Source: an uncultured Planctomycetaceae bacterium | Lineage (GTDB): Bacteria; Planctomycetota; Planctomycetia; Pirellulales; PNKZ01 | Length of the DNA: 51,568 bases | NCBI GenBank assembly: GCA_964433865.1 | Contig: CAYSUC010000002.1 | Location: 1 to 51,568, forward strand | Reading direction: 5' to 3' | Shown: one piece after another, positions 51,545 to 51,568 of the stretch | Numbering within the stretch: position 1 is the first letter of the stretch | Layout: each line of letters begins with the position of its first letter | The notes under the pieces: generated by a model | The model's database searches: none | The model's input: only the letters and a program-made list of their open reading frames with translations | What the model was told of the DNA's origin: nothing | Made by a program: the position numbers and the translations under genes

Positions 51545-51568
51545 GGCCGACCTCCACGATTTGCCTGA

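Overview
This is a 51.6 kb, visibly very GC-rich chromosomal segment. Its gene repertoire looks Planctomycetota-like: a PSCyt/DUF1549/DUF1553 + DUF1501 pair, a sulfatase, a WD40 Ser/Thr kinase, a kinase-linked ECF sigma factor and an Flp pilin. That taxonomic call is an inference from gene content only.

I support 41 CDS, one tRNA-Ser(GGA), a few hairpin terminators, one mer-type promoter/operator and several repeat or structure-forming non-coding elements. I found no rRNA, CRISPR array, transposase, integrase or phage genes.

Many of the longest ORFs in the supplied track are Arg/Pro/Gly-rich shadow frames of real genes, for example 125..1567+, 2670..4415+, 14232..16124-, 23658..26459- and 28978..30438-. 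Several listed ORFs are composites whose real gene starts internally. The track also uses GTG/TTG starts written as M, so I re-derived start codons by hand.

Gene content from left to right:
- A truncated qNor nitric-oxide reductase (missing from the track because it runs off the edge), preceded by a mercury-type MerR and a merO-like promoter, then tRNA-Ser.
- Assorted hydrolases and a regulator, then bacterioferritin and an ~800 bp repeat-laden non-coding stretch.
- A periplasmic-glycosylation-like cluster: pyruvyl transferase, GT2, a 589-aa unknown, a PF03706-type flippase-like protein and a GT-C.
- A Cys-rich small protein, a structured leader and an Nramp-like transporter.
- Pirin, a C-N hydrolase and an SDR.
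- A WD40 Ser/Thr kinase and a vWA protein.
- A sulfatase fused to an isochorismatase-like domain.
- A PSCyt/DUF1553 and DUF1501 pair split by a low-GC four-helix-bundle gene.
- A YbbAP/MacB-type exporter, adaptor, SDR and a catalytically degenerate ketosynthase.
- A six-gene coupled coiled-coil / FHA / Ser-Thr kinase / two membrane proteins / ECF sigma module. This is my top candidate for an undescribed system.
- A DMT transporter, an M29 aminopeptidase, an Flp pilin and a Nudix hydrolase.

All family calls rest on motif recognition by eye. No database search was run.
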